Notes under the pieces: model-generated
Databases searched by the model: none
What the model saw: the letters and a program-made list of their open reading frames with translations, nothing else
Told to the model about the DNA's origin: nothing
Assembly: GCA_013265495.1 (NCBI GenBank)
Contig: MU058636.1
Location: forward strand, 2,294,001-2,358,000
Direction of reading: 5' to 3'
DNA from: Vicugna vicugna
Lineage: Eukaryota
DNA length: 64,000 bases
Position numbers and translations under genes: made by a program
Shown here: piece after piece, positions 38,901-51,800 of the stretch
Layout of the letters: every line of letters begins with the position of its first letter
How positions within the stretch are numbered: the first letter of the stretch is position 1

Positions 38901-41900
38901 TAAGACAATCCTGGTGTTGAGCGTTTGACCACGAAGAACAGCAGGCCTTGTTGTCAGTATCCTTCCAGCATAGCTTTGCGTTACCGTTACACCGCTTCAC
39001 TAAAGCGCCCTTTCTACACATTCTTCTTTGCCTTTTCTATGGACATTTCTAGAGGTTAGTGCACCTCTCCATTCGTCTCAGTATTTTCTCATTTGGTGAT
39101 CCTGTTTTCTGCTATATTTTTCCCCAGACATTTTTGTTATTGTTCTCCAAGCCCATGTCTCTAACCTTCATCTCTTTTTCAAGCACTGCATCTCCAAGTT
39201 ACTGCTAGGCACAGTAGGTACACGGTGAATATGATGTAATCTCCATCCTGAAGGGGCTGAAAATTTAATGGGAGGACAGGCAGTGGACAGGGGCTTCATA
39301 AAGTGTTGTAGGGGATGAAGGATGGAGCAACCACCTGTGCTTAGGGCTTGTGGAAGGCTTTCTAGAAAGGGGACATTTGAACAGTTTTAGGCCAGTATTA
39401 ACCAGATAAATAGGTGGGGAAAGGTCATTCCCAAAAAAGGTATAGCCTATACAGATGTCCTAAAGACAACCTAAAGGGTTTTAAATACATGTTCAGAGCA
39501 GAAGAAACAGGTTATCTTACTACTCGGGGATGACGGTGCAGTGTTCCCCAGTTAACAGAACGCTGACCTGCTCCTTTTTGTTTCCTCCCTCTTTAGCAAG
39601 GGGAGAAATCTTTCTATAAGAAAGAGTAGAACAAATAATATAAAGATGAAACTGAAATGCAAATTAGATGAGACTGTGAAAGGGTCCCTGGCTGCCTCAG
39701 GTACGTTCTGATTTCAGGCTCAGAAGTTGACTCAGGAGGGTTGTTTTTCAAAGATCTGAGATTAACCATAGAAAGCGTATAAATCAGGTTTGTGGGGGGG
39801 GAAAAGCTGGTAAAATTAGCTCATTTTGATGAATAAGTGAACTGTGTCACAGATGACACAACAGACCAAAAACCTAGGCCCAAACTCCAAGAAAAACCAT
39901 TAAATTAAAGAGGTAAATGTGAAGTTCTGTGTTTGGGTTCACAAGAAAAATTATGCACATTTAGATGGGCTAAACCTGACTTGTTTTTTAGAAGGAAGAT
40001 CAGGGCTCGGTAAAAGTGTGATACCGGAAAAAAACTGCTTATTAGTACCCAACACAAATTGGACAGAATTTTCAGTTTGGGGTCCCCCCCCAGACTCAAT
40101 TACTTAGAAAAGTGGAGTTAAAACATTGTAGTTTAATCAACAGGATGGTATAATGGGTCTGATTATTTCTTTTATGAAATCCTTTGAAGTAGATACTTTC
40201 ACACTTAGAATTTCTTAATAATTTTTGTCACTGTATCTAAGTGTTCCTAGATCTCAGATTATACCTTTTCTTTGCCAGTTTTGGAGTAGTTCTAATCAAA
40301 AGCACTGAAATACAGTTACGCTTTGTAAATATATTTTTTTGCAGTATCTAAAACATTCCTTAATTTATTAGTTTTGTAAATCTAAATTTTAGGTAATTTT
40401 ACACGAATGAAATATACCTGCATGCTAGATAAAATATAATCATACATATTCTAAAATGTATTGAAGAAATTAGTAAAAACCTTTGTTTTTATTGCAGTGA
40501 TGGATATTGAAACCCTTCCTCTAAGTGTTGTGCTAACATGAGTATCACTGCTGTGGCAGCAGAGAGTTGAATGTCACATTTAAAATTGCATTGTCGTCTT
40601 TTGTAGTTCCAGCTCAACCAAGATAAAATGAACTTTTCCACACTGAGAAACATCCAGGGTCTATTTGCTCCACTAAAGTTACAAATGGAATTCAAGGCAG
40701 TGCAGCAGGTGAGTTCGTGGGTGATCCCGCATGTGTGTTGATCTCAGTTGGAAGGAGCTTCTATTTTAGTAACAGCTGTGCAAACCTTACTTTTTCTTCT
40801 TCCCTACAACCTGTCCTATGTTCCCCCTTTTTGGATATGAGCTCAATTCCAACTTCATAGAGAAAAGAAGCTTTGAAACAGAAAACTTCTTCAAATTATA
40901 GGTTCTGTCTGAAAACTTACCTGTATACACTTTCATGTTTTTTCCCTTTTGGGGGGTAACATTGAATTCGAGATGCCGCTAGGAATATCCAAGTGGAAGT
41001 GTCTAATAGGCAGGCTGTATACCACTGCATATACCTGTTGCTCAGGAGTAAGATCTTCAGAAATGTCCTCCTGAGTGTGTAAGAACTGTCCCCCAGTCTG
41101 TGCTCTAGGTTCTGTCACATCATACTGCGTTGGTTCCAGTTACTGCTGGACAACTAACAAAGAACAGAAAAACTGAAAATTTGGTTTGACTACATTAACG
41201 TTTGTTGAGTGCCAACGAGTGTGTATCCATACCTTATACCGCACTACGCTATGGGTTCAAGAGCAAGATGGTATTATCCTGTTAAACGGTTGAGGAAACT
41301 GAGCGTGAGACAGGTCAGGTAATTTAGGTAAAGCCAGTGGACTGGTAAGTAGGAAGAGCAGAATTTGAATACACATCTCTCTGACTGTACAGCCCATGCT
41401 TTCTCCACTATACTTAGGTATTCGTTTGCAGTATATGTATTTAATGATTGAAAAAGTAGATAATACTGGTTCAGAATGGTGCTGCGTTTTTTTAAAGGTC
41501 CACAGGTGACTTTGATCTTCGTTTCTGTTATTAGTGCTGTTTTAGGGGTAATTTAAATTTGCACTATGAGCGATATAAAACAACATAAGAACAGTTTACT
41601 GAGTAGAATAATGCTCTCACTGAGTTGACATTTCTTCAGGAATTTGATCATCTCGCATTTATTAGGAATAAATGGTATTAGGTTCTAGGATTTTGCATTT
41701 TATCACATGGTTTGTGCTCTGGTTTTCTTGGACAGAAGCAAAGCCCTCAAATGTGTGCAAACCTCATGGGATTATTAAGTGTTGATAAAAGCTTAAAATT
41801 TCAGTGTCTTTATATATTTTGAGTAAAGTTTTGAATTTTTACAAATTTGGTTTGGTCTAAAATACGAACTTGTGTTTTTTTTCCCTTACTGGTTAAAGTA

Positions 41901-44900
41901 ATATTTTACTTAGTTTTGTGAACTTTACAAATAAAGAATGAAGAATGTGAAATTTGATCATGTATGTTTTTCCCCCTTGGTTTTTTCTAATTTTGCCCTT
42001 TTACACTTTTCCTGAAGGTTCAGCGTCTTCCATTTCTTCCAAGCTCAAACCTTTCACTGGATATTTTGAGGGGTAATGATGAGACTATTGGATTTGAAGA
42101 CATTCTTAATGGTAAGTGTCATTCCGCACCTTTATATAGAGTCCCAATAAGGTACAAAGCAATGTCAACAAACAAAATCTATAGCATCTTTGTCCCTTTG
42201 GAGCTTTTAGCTGATTGGATCCACTTGTGTTTATTCACTGACATAAGATAAAATTTAATGGTGATAACTGTTCTCTGACTGGTTTTAAAAATGAAAATTA
42301 TTTATGGAGTTCTGAGATTATAGGCATTTCAGTTCACTAATGACAGTCATTCGTTTCATATCCTGATGATAAAGTCTGATGGATGAGTCCAGTACAGTAT
42401 TTTTAGGATGGCTTAAACAAGGTTAGTGTTTTAGTATTCAGAACATTTGTGGGATATGGCTGGTTTTAAAAACAATTAGAAAAAAAAGATAAGAGTTTTG
42501 TTTAAGCAGTAGTCTCCCTGTGCCCACCCCCCCAATAATTGTTGTGCTTCTGTAGATGGTGAATAGTGAAGAATCTATTATTTTTAACAAGATTTTCTGA
42601 AGGATTGCATTATATATGAAAGTAAGAGCAATACATATAGTATCCTCTTATTTTTCTGGTTCTGACGAAGATAAATTATAATTCTGTCCAGTATTGCCTC
42701 TGTCTTATGCCCTAGCAATTCAGGAGAAATAGAAAAACCCAACAGGATTAAATTATATTAGTTTTGCTTGGCTACTAGTGTGCAGGAAGGAAATGCTGTG
42801 GACACAACAGCTGTCTGGTGAGCCTTCTATTTGGGAATCTTCCCCGAGGGAACTTTTTAAATACAGGAAAACCTGGAATTCCTAAGCTTTTTCATTGAAC
42901 TTAGACCTTATTTAAAATTAGTAAAATGATAGCTCAGGTCTATAATTATCTTTTAGTTAGTTATAAAAATGCATTTGTTTAAAAATCAACGTCTGTAAAG
43001 CTGTGTAAAAGGGAGAGGCACTTACTGAGCACTCATTCAAATATGTGTCAGGCACTGGGCTAGGCTTTGAATGTATGATGGTGGAAAAAACAAACATCTG
43101 TGCTTTCTAATGGGGGAGGTAAGCTGTAATAGATAAAACACAAACATAGTTACAATCTGTGATTAAATTCTCAGAATAAAAAGAACAGTTGTATTCTTTT
43201 GGGTAGAATTCATTTTGGGTTGTTGGGTAGGAGGGGCAGGCACCTCTGGGAATTTGACATATAACTTGATTCCTGGAAGACATATGAAATAGTTGAGTTA
43301 AAAGTAGAAGAAAGAATATTTAAGACAAAAGAAGCAGTATTTTCAGGGTCTCTAACTTGAGATCAGCTCAAGAGCTCTGAAGAGTTTAAGATCTCATCCT
43401 ACTTACAAACTAACAAGTTAGGCTGCCATGGTTTCCTAGGTGCTGGCAGAGACAGACTCCTAGAGACAAAGGGCAGTGTATTACTCACAGCAGTAGCAGA
43501 GGCCAGAGCATCAGCTTTTCTGTTGGGTTTCTGAGCCCCAGTTCCCACAGGGCAGCAAGAGAGGATTAGATGAAACCTGCAGATGGAGTATATTTTGTTA
43601 CAGTAAGGGGAACCTCAAGTTCAAGATGCCTGAATCTCTTATAATAGGCAGTCAGCCTGCCTGTTCTGTGCTCCAAGGGAAACACCATCTTTCTTTAGAA
43701 ACAGACTTGGAAAGACAGTTTAGAACAAAGGCAGACAGTGCGCCTGCTTCTCAGGCTTGCTGAAGAGACGCCTAGAGAATTATCTCCCAACACATATAAG
43801 AGCATAGTACGAGGGCCCATCGAGCTGGATTGTTTTGAGGGAAGTGAAAAGTAGAAAAAGGTGAGGTTGAAAAACTGGGCAGTACAGGAGTCAGAGTCTT
43901 GCAGACCACAGAAAGTTTATTCAGAGTGCAGCGGAAAGCCATTGAATAGTTTTAAGCAGTGACGTGACGTGATGTAATTTCATGTTTAAAAAGATTACTA
44001 GTATCTTGTGTTTTTTTGTATTCATTAATTGCATGTCTTTAAGGTAGTGATGTACTGGAAAAATCCCCTGACTGAGTAGGTGATTTTTATCAGGATCAGA
44101 CCACTGCAATGCTCTTTGGGACATTTCCCCCTTGTGGGAACTGTAACTGCATAATTTATGGACAGTTTATGGCTTGACCTTAGGGCCTTGCCTTAGCTGT
44201 TCCTTCTGCTTAGAATACCCCCCCACCCCCCATTTTTCAGATCTCAGTTTAAATGTCATTCGTTCAGAGAGGCTTTCCTTGACTACTTAATATAAAGTGG
44301 TCCTGGTCAGCCTGTCACGTCACTAATTCTTTGCATAGCACCTGTCTGGTATTTTTCTTGTTTCTTCTTTGTTTTCCCCAACTTAAATATAAATCTCATG
44401 AGACTGAGGACTTCTTGTTAACCCTTGTGTCCCCAGTGCCTCATAAGGTGTTTGATCCACGGTAAGTGTTGAGAGCTCTTGCTCACCACATTCTCCTCAT
44501 CACCTTTGACCCAGAAGAGGTTTTCAAGTCTATAATGAGGGAGTAATGTATTAATCTAACACTGTATGAAGACTGTTAAACTGTGATGAATATCTGTATA
44601 TTTCTCCAATCTGCAATTTTTAAAGTGTTGGAGATGATGAGGTTTTTGCTTGCTTGCTCATCAGCCAAGCCAGTTTGGCCAAGAAAAATCCTCACATTAT
44701 TTTATAAGGAAGGGAAGGCAATGTGAGGAGGGCAGTAGGAAAGTCAAAACTAGACTTTTTCTTAGTGCTGAGAATGGTCTTCCGTTTACTCGGTTCTCTC
44801 ACTTTAAGATGTGGAAGCTGAGACTGACCAGGAGGCCGTGTCCTGCCTGGAAGCCTCATGGGAGGAGGCGGCAGAACCACGGGCCAAGCCCTTGCCTGCG

Positions 44901-46384
44901 TGCTGTGCTGTCTTCTGGTGCAAGTGACTTATTTAATAAGCACATATTTTATTAAAGTCAGAAGCTTAAAAAAGTAGAGTTTAAAGGAAAATTATAGTTA
45001 TATAAATGAGGATATTCTTTGTTTAAAAATTGAAAACATTGTAGCTGAAACTAAAGTCCTCTCCATGATTGCACAAACCCACTTGTCTCCCTCTTCCCTG
45101 GTTGGCTGCTGCTTTTTGTGTATATCCTTCCAGACTTTTCTCTCTGTGACTTCACACAAATATATATAGTCAGAAAATATTTGGTATTGCTTAGTGTATA
45201 TGTTTTGAGCACAGTTGGTATGGCATTCTGTGTATCCTACAGCACGTATGCTGCGTCGATACATTACTGATGAATGCGTATGTTTTTCTCTCTCAGTAAC
45301 ATGAAACAGTGCTGCAGCAAACATTTTTGTTCTTTGTACTTGTGTGCATATTTTTTTCTTAATTTAGGTTTTGAATGCCTATTGTATACTTAGCAGTTTA
45401 CTCTATTAATAACTATAGCAGTGTCATTTGTTGCTAAGGCTACTTTGTTGTGTGACAAGTGTCGAGAGTAGAGAGATTGCTGAACTGATGGGAGGCAATA
45501 ATCCTTAGTCTCTTAGGAAATCCAGTGAAGAAACATCCAAATTGATCTGTTACTCTTGGTAATCATTATTTTAATGGTTATTTATTTTTACAAAGTGATT
45601 TTACAGTTTAATTCATTGAGTATTCTGTTTCTCGTCCTATGTTGAGGGGTAGAGGGCGAAAAAGAAAAAAGGCTATTTGTCTGTAGGAAGCTTACTGTTG
45701 GTATTCATTTTAAAAACTCTTAGGTGCATTATCACAGGTAAAGTAAGACTATTGTTTGACTCATCAATGCAAACAAGAGAATGAAGATTATTTAAGGTTT
45801 CCTTGCTCTAGAATTCTGGTTTGTGTATATGTGTTTGTAACAGAGCACAGAATGATAGATGTAAAATGTGTTGCTTTTTTTTTGCAAGTTAGATTAAGAG
45901 ATTGTTTAATCTCTTAATTAGTGATTGTTAGAGTCATCTGGGAAGCCACTGGAAAACTTAAGGACTTTGAAAAAGGAGAACTTTTTCAATCTGTATATTC
46001 TTTTTAAATTGACTGAATTGAGGTACAATTGACATACACTAGAATGCGCCCATTTTCAGTGTCTAGTTCTGTGAATTTTAGTAAATGTGTGCAGCTGTGT
46101 AACTAGCCCTCCCAATCAAGATGTAAATGCTTTCATCATCCCCAAAAGTTTCCTTGGTCTCTTTGCTGTTAGTTCCCCACCCTTGGCCCCAGGCAACCTC
46201 TGGTCTGTTTTCTGTACCTTTAGATTAGTTTTGCCTGTTCTAAATTTTCATATGAGTAGAATCATTGAGTTTATCTTTTTGAAATCTTTAATATGTTTGT
46301 TTTTGTTTGTTTTCAGACCCGTCACAAAGTGAACTAATGGGAGAACCACACTTGATGGTTGAATATAAGCTCGGTTTACTGTAA
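35256..46384 (+). CDS. POMP: Proteasome maturation protein (UMP1 family), 6 coding exons: join(35256-35258,36977-37074,38775-38835,40607-40708,42018-42111,46317-46384), 426 nt, 141 aa
   Basis: Spliced translation MNARGLGSQLKDSIPVTELSASGPFESHDLLRKGFSCVKNELLPSHPLELSEKNFQLNQDKMNFSTLRNIQGLFAPLKLQMEFKAVQQVQRLPFLPSSNLSLDILRGNDETIGFEDILNDPSQSELMGEPHLMVEYKLGLL* matches mammalian POMP. All five introns are GT-AG, phases are consistent and there are no internal stops. Confidence 0.98.
35846..35904. repeat. (CT)n microsatellite in POMP intron 1
   Basis: Seen directly; adjoins the SINE tail. Confidence 0.95.
35905..36028 (-). mobile_element. tRNA-derived SINE (camelid Vic-1-like) in POMP intron 1
   Basis: gtaattaggtttacctacttatttttagaggaagtactggggattgaacccaggacctcatgcatc...ctctacaacttaagctatatccttcccc; same family as 14555-14691. 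Confidence 0.85.
36977..37074 (+). CDS. POMP: POMP exon 2 (NARGLGS...LLRKG)
   Basis: ttgtgttgtag|AATGCC...AAAGG|gtacat; 98 nt. Confidence 0.97.
37420..37670 (+). mobile_element. MIR in POMP intron 2
   Basis: aagagcatagactcgggactcaggctgcctgggttttggtcctggccctgctatttactaggtgtatgcctttgggcagtt. Confidence 0.85.
38775..38835 (+). CDS. POMP: POMP exon 3 (FSCVKNELLPSHPLELSEKN)
   Basis: tttatttccag|TTTTTCC...AAAAAT|gtaagt; 61 nt. Confidence 0.97.
40607..40708 (+). CDS. POMP: POMP exon 4 (FQLNQDK...KAVQQ)
   Basis: tcttttgtag|TTCCAG...CAGCAG|gtgagt; 102 nt. Confidence 0.97.
41200..41415 (-). mobile_element. MIR in POMP intron 4
   Basis: gttgaggaaactgagcgtgagacaggtcaggtaatt...gcagaatttgaatacacatctctctgactg. 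Confidence 0.75.
42018..42111 (+). CDS. POMP: POMP exon 5 (VQRLPFL...FEDILN)
   Basis: cttttcctgaag|GTTCAG...CTTAATG|gtaagt; 94 nt. Confidence 0.97.
43358..43792 (-). mobile_element. Old solo LTR (ERVL MER54/MER74-like) inserted in an L2 remnant, POMP intron 5
   Basis: TG...CA bounded; cctacttacaaactaacaagttaggctgccatggtttcc...agagacaaagggcagtgtattactcacagc; L2-like sequence resumes on both sides. Confidence 0.55.
46000..46281 (-). mobile_element. L1 (L1MB/MC-like) 3' end, antisense, next to the exon 6 acceptor
   Basis: ttgaggtacaattgacatacac...ccccaggcaacctctggtctgttttctg...tttgcctgttctaaattttcatatgagtagaatcat. Confidence 0.8.
46317..46384 (+). CDS. POMP: POMP exon 6, coding part (DPSQSE...KLGLL*)
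   Basis: tttgttttcag|ACCCG...TTACTGTAA; 68 nt to the TAA stop. Confidence 0.97.
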
Positions 46385-46467
46385 TGCAGTGTGTGCTGTT
46401 CATGGAAATAGAGGGGCTGCTTCTTGTTTATATAGTTGTCTTTTTACTCTGATTTGATGTGCACAAC

Positions 46468-46996
46468 ATTAAAAGTACTGACACCTGAGAATTTTTGCCT
46501 AATTAGTATCTGTGATCATTTGAAATTATTTGAGTCTTTGGTTTAAGGCCATGTGGTAATTGAAAGCACTAAAGGGAGGAGATTTTAAGACTCCTCATTT
46601 ATATTAAAACAGTAGCCTTCTACGTCTTTAAAAAAATGTTGCTAGTTAATATTATAAAACCATCCACGGGTTCCAGTTCAGTCTGTTTCCTAGTTATTCC
46701 ATTTGAATAACTATCAATATTTGAGTCTGCAGCTTCACAGTAGCATTTTTCAGAATAAACTTTTGTAGTTGATTTTGGTGGCAACACTTCAAAGTAAGTA
46801 CAAAATAAAAGTATTATATTTTACCTTGTTTCAGTATATAGTCCATTAATACTCATAGGGATAATATTTGCTGTACTGATGCTACTTTATAATTATAACT
46901 ATATTCTTTGATTCTTTCATGTTGAAAAGTGTAAGTTCAGAGGTTTTGATTTTGGTCTTTAAATTGAAAAATAAAAGAACAAACATACTGATTAAA
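46468..46996 (+). terminator. Candidate polyadenylation signals in the POMP 3' UTR
   Basis: ATTAAA 46468-46473, AATAAA 46754-46759, 46804-46809 and 46970-46975, ATTAAA 46991-46996 (list not exhaustive). Confidence 0.7.
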
Positions 46997-47227
46997 CTGT
47001 GGTACTGCTTAGGTTTATATATCATGAGATGCTTAAGTTAAAAAAAATAGAACATTCATGTACACACATATCCATGAGCAAACTCCGTAATAACTTACTT
47101 AAAAATAAATCTTCACCATGGCTGTTCTTTCTTAATAAGGTATTTATTATGTATACAAAAATTAAAGATTACCAATTTCTCAGGAACGTTTTGATTGTAT
47201 AAGTCATTGATTTACACTTGAAGGCAG

Positions 47228-47362
47228 TATTGCCCCTCCCTCCGTGGGTATGGGAACATTTGACAATGTCTAGGGAAGTTTTTGGTTGTCACAATTTTGT
47301 AGGGGAGGGTTTCCAACTGGCATCTAGTGCGTGGAGGCAGGGATGTGCTAAATTCTACAATA
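47228..47362. mobile_element. MER20 (hAT-Charlie) fragment
   Basis: gggaacatttgacaatgtctagggaagtttttggttgtcacaa...actggcatctagtgcgtggaggcagggatgtgctaaa. Confidence 0.8.
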
Positions 47363-48872
47363 AAAATGGCTCCTGATTGTTGGAATTAAGTTTAAAACCA
47401 TCTTTGTCAACACAATATTTGCCAACTAATTTTACACTTAAATTATGAGACAATGTAGACATAATGAAGTTTCACTAATCAATTGTTTCTAAATTTGTTC
47501 TCTTTCAGCTAATTAGCAAAGTTGAAGATTTTTTTCCTGTACCATAGTTTTAGGAATAATAGATACTCTTCCTGACCAGTAGAGGGTACTGTTAATTTAA
47601 TGAGCATAGTTTAAGTGGAAAAGCTGACGCTTTAAACACAGAAATTGGTAATCATGGTTAGTGCTTATTTTCTGAAGGTCTTTTTGCTTTCCCCCCTCTC
47701 CTTTTCCTCTTTACCTTCTTTGTATTTATACTTATGCTCCTCATCCCTGGATGCATGTAAAATCACCTGGAAATCTTGTGAAAAAATTGTGGCAGGGTCT
47801 GAATCTCAGAAATCCCAGTAGAACTAGTCTGAGGTGGATCCCAAGATGTCTATTTGGAAAAACTCTCCAGGGTTTAGAACCTTTGGTTTATATGCTTGCT
47901 TTCCTTTGTCGCTTGCTTTTGCTTTTATATTAGTGACATTCATTAGCATCAATTAATTCTTCTGATGTAGATGTACCTTGGTGCTGAAAAATTTGCTACT
48001 GTTTCTTCCTCTGCAATCTACAGTGTTTGCCTGGAGTTGGATAATTCAGGTTCCCTCATAAGGCTCAGTTGTAGGTTCATCTTGAGATACTTTGCCTAGG
48101 TGCTAGACTCTTCAATTAGGCATTTTTATTGCAGTGATGCTGTGATTTAATTTCAATTTTGATTTTTTTTAGGAATTAGTATTTTCCTTGTCTGTTTTGT
48201 TTGTGAAATACTAATCTTTGAGTTAAAGAGGTATTTCACAGGTTGATGCTTGTTTAAAATTAATATTAACATTAAAATGATAAAATTCAAATAGAAAAGA
48301 TACAAAATACTTAATGAGAGCACAACCTATTCTATGTTAAGGGTTTTAGTATATATATAAGAATAAGGGAATTTGTGAGTTTTATTGTCTGGAAGTGTTG
48401 AGTGGGTTGGCAAACAATTTAGCACTGTTTGGCACATCATGGGATGGTTCTTTCACTAAACACACCTCTTCACTTCTACCCTCTGTACTAAATATAAATG
48501 ATAGACTTCCTGGTTTTTATTCATTTTTCTTTTTGCAGTGGGTGTTATCCCTCTTTCAAGAGTACACAAAATATAGCCCAGTGCTTTCCTGCATTTTGTT
48601 ATTCCTTTGAATGCAGACATTTCAAGAATGTAAAAGATGATCTAAATAAGTAGATTACTTTTGAAAAGCTGAAAGACTATGTAGTGTATTATCTTCCACT
48701 GGAATCTCCAATTGGGTGAATCTAAGTTTATCTAAATTTTGACTTACTGTTTCAATAAAGCAAAACCAAAAATGCTGTGGTATTTTCATTGGACTTACTT
48801 AGCTCATGATTTCCAAGTTGAAATTCATGATCCTTCATGTACAATAAATCCTTAATTAAGAACTTACACTTT

Positions 48873-51800
48873 GGGAAGAGGAGGTGGCCAAGATGGCAGA
48901 GCAGGAAGACCCTGAACTCACCACCTCCCATGAACATCCCAAGATTACACCTATTTACAGAGCAACTATCTATGAGAACAACCTGAAGACACACAGGAGA
49001 GGATTTCCACAACTAAAACCATAAAGGAGGAAGCACAAGACCGGTAGGAGGGGCAGAGACGTGGTATAGTCAGGACCGACTGACAGCCACAGGTTGGTGA
49101 GGAAATAGGAAAAGTATCAGAATTTTGGAGATCCTCCTCCATCGGACTCCCCAGCCTGGAGGTCTTGCCCCAGGAAGATGAGCTCCCCAAAACACCTGGC
49201 TTTGAAAACCATGGAGCTGGAAGGTTGTAGACTTTGCTCTTAAAAGAGCATATGCACTCCAACTCCCAGCATAAATTTAATACTTCGAAAGGAACTGAGT
49301 CAGACTTGCTGATCTTGGATCCAGGGAAACAGGAGGCAACTGGGACACCCCCTGGGAATGGAGATGCTGGCAGCAGCCATTTTTGGGAACTTTTATTCCA
49401 CGATAACACCAGCATTGACAAGCACCATATAGGAAATCTCAGCCTGTTAGCACCAGGGAATTGGCCTCATCTATCAGTGGACCAGCAGCTGCCCTGTGCC
49501 CCACTGGGTCAAGCACCCAACCATGTGGGAAGCCTACCCTGCTCTCTAGCAGGTACAAGGTCTCACAGCCAAATGGGCTGAGGGCAGCCCCACCACAACA
49601 GAAGAGCACACAGCCTACATAGTGGGCACCCTGAGGGCATACAGCTCCTGTGACCAGAGGGGAACATGCTGCTGGGCCCCATAGGACGTCTCCATACAGA
49701 ACCACTTCTCCAAGATTGGAAAAGTAGCTTACCTACCCAACATAGAAATAAACAGAATTGGGCAAAATGAGACAGGATTATGTTCCAAATGAAGGAACAA
49801 GACAACCTCAGACAAAGAACTGAAGAAAGTGGAGATAAGCAATCTCCCCAGTAAAGACTTCATGGTAATGATCACAAAGACCCTGAATGAGCTTGGGAGA
49901 AGAATGAGTGAACATAGGTTTTTCAGCAAAGAGTTGGAAAATATAAAGAACCACACAGAACTGAAGAATACAATCACAAAAATGAAAGGAATCAACAATA
50001 GATTAGATGATACAGAGGAGTAGGTTAGTGATCTGGAAGGCAGAATAGTGGAAATTATCCAAGCTGAATAGAAAAAGAAAAAAGAGTGTTTTAAAATGAT
50101 GACAGTTTAAAGAGACGTCTGAGACATCAAGTGTACTAACATTTGCATTATAGGGGTCCCAGGAGGAGGAGAGAGAGACACACAGGCATGTAACGTATCT
50201 GAAGAAATAGGTGAAAACTTTCCTTACCTGGGGAAGAAAATAGACATCCAGGCCAGGAAGCACAGAAAGCCCCAAACAAGATGAACCCAAAGAGGTTCAC
50301 AACAAGATGTATTATAATTAAAATAGCAAAAATAAAGAGAATCTTAAAAGCAACAAAAGAAAAACAACTAATTACATACAAGGAAACTCCCATAGGACTA
50401 TCAGCTGACTTTTCAGCAGAAACTTTGCAGGCATGAAGGGAGTAGCACAACATATTCAAAGTGATGGGAGGAAAACACTTACAACCAAGAACAGTCTACC
50501 TGGAAAGGTTATCATTCAGGATTGAAGGAGTTTTACGGGTAAGCAAAACGTAGAGTTCGGCACCACTAAACCAGCTTTACAAGAAATGTTAAAGGAACTT
50601 CTCTAAGCAGAAAAGTCCACAATTAGAAAATGAAAATTATGAAAGAAAAATCTCCTTGGTAAAGGCAAACACACAGTAAAGGTAGTAGATTATCCACTTA
50701 CATAGCTAGTAGGAAGTTTAAGAGAAGTAGAAAAATCATCTGTATCCACGATAAATGCTTAAAGAATACACAAAATAATATGTAAAATGCAACATCAGAA
50801 ACATTAAACATGGTGGGGGGAGTGAGAATGTAGAGTGTAAGAATGTATTTGAACTTGGGATCATCAACTTAAAATAATCATATGTGTTGTTATATATAAA
50901 TCTTATGGTATCCAAAACCCAAGAATCTGTAATAAATACACAAAAGAAGAGAAAAAATTCAAACATAACACTAAAGATAGTCATCAAATTACGAGGGGAG
51001 AGAGCAAAAGAAGAAAGAAAAAACTACAAAAACAATCAGAAAACAAGTAACAAAATGGCAGTAAGTGCATTCATATCAATAATTTAAATATAAATGGATG
51101 AAATGCTCCATTCAGGAGATATAAAGTGGCAAAACTGTTAAAAAAAAAAGACCCATATATAAGCTGCCTACAAGAGACTCATTTCAAATCTAAAGGTACG
51201 CACAGAAAAGTGAGGGGATGGGAAAAGGTGCAAATGGAAACAGAAATATGGAGTGGCAATGTTTAGACAAAATAGACTTTCAAACAGACTGTAACAGGAG
51301 ACAACATTACCTAAGGATAAAGAAATCAGTTCAACAAGAAGATATGACAATTATATACATAACGCAACATAGGAGCACCTAAATACATAAAGCAAATATG
51401 ACCAAACATAAAGGGAGAATTGACAGTAACACAATAACAGGGAACTTTAACTCTGCACTTAGGCCATTGGATAGATCATCTAGAAAGAAACAGTGCATTA
51501 GACCAGATGAACTTAACACACACACATGTGTGCGCGTGCACATGTACGTGTAGAACATTCTGTCCAAAAACTATAGAATATAAATTCTGAAGTGCAGTGA
51601 AACACTGTCTAGAATAGATCACATACTAGACCACGAAACAAGTCTTAATAAATTTAAGGATATCAAGCATCTCTTCCAATCACAACAGTATGAAACTAGG
51701 AATGAACTATAAGAAAAAAGTTACAAAAAATACAAATGTAGAGGCTACACAATATGCAACTAAACAACCAATGGGTCACTAGAGAAATCAAAGAGGGAAT

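Noticed and set aside
40601..42023. In-frame CAG 6 nt downstream of the exon 4 and exon 5 acceptors (possible alternative acceptors)
   Set aside because: Explained by Gln codons. The upstream AG gives the canonical 141-aa protein, and there is no transcript evidence.
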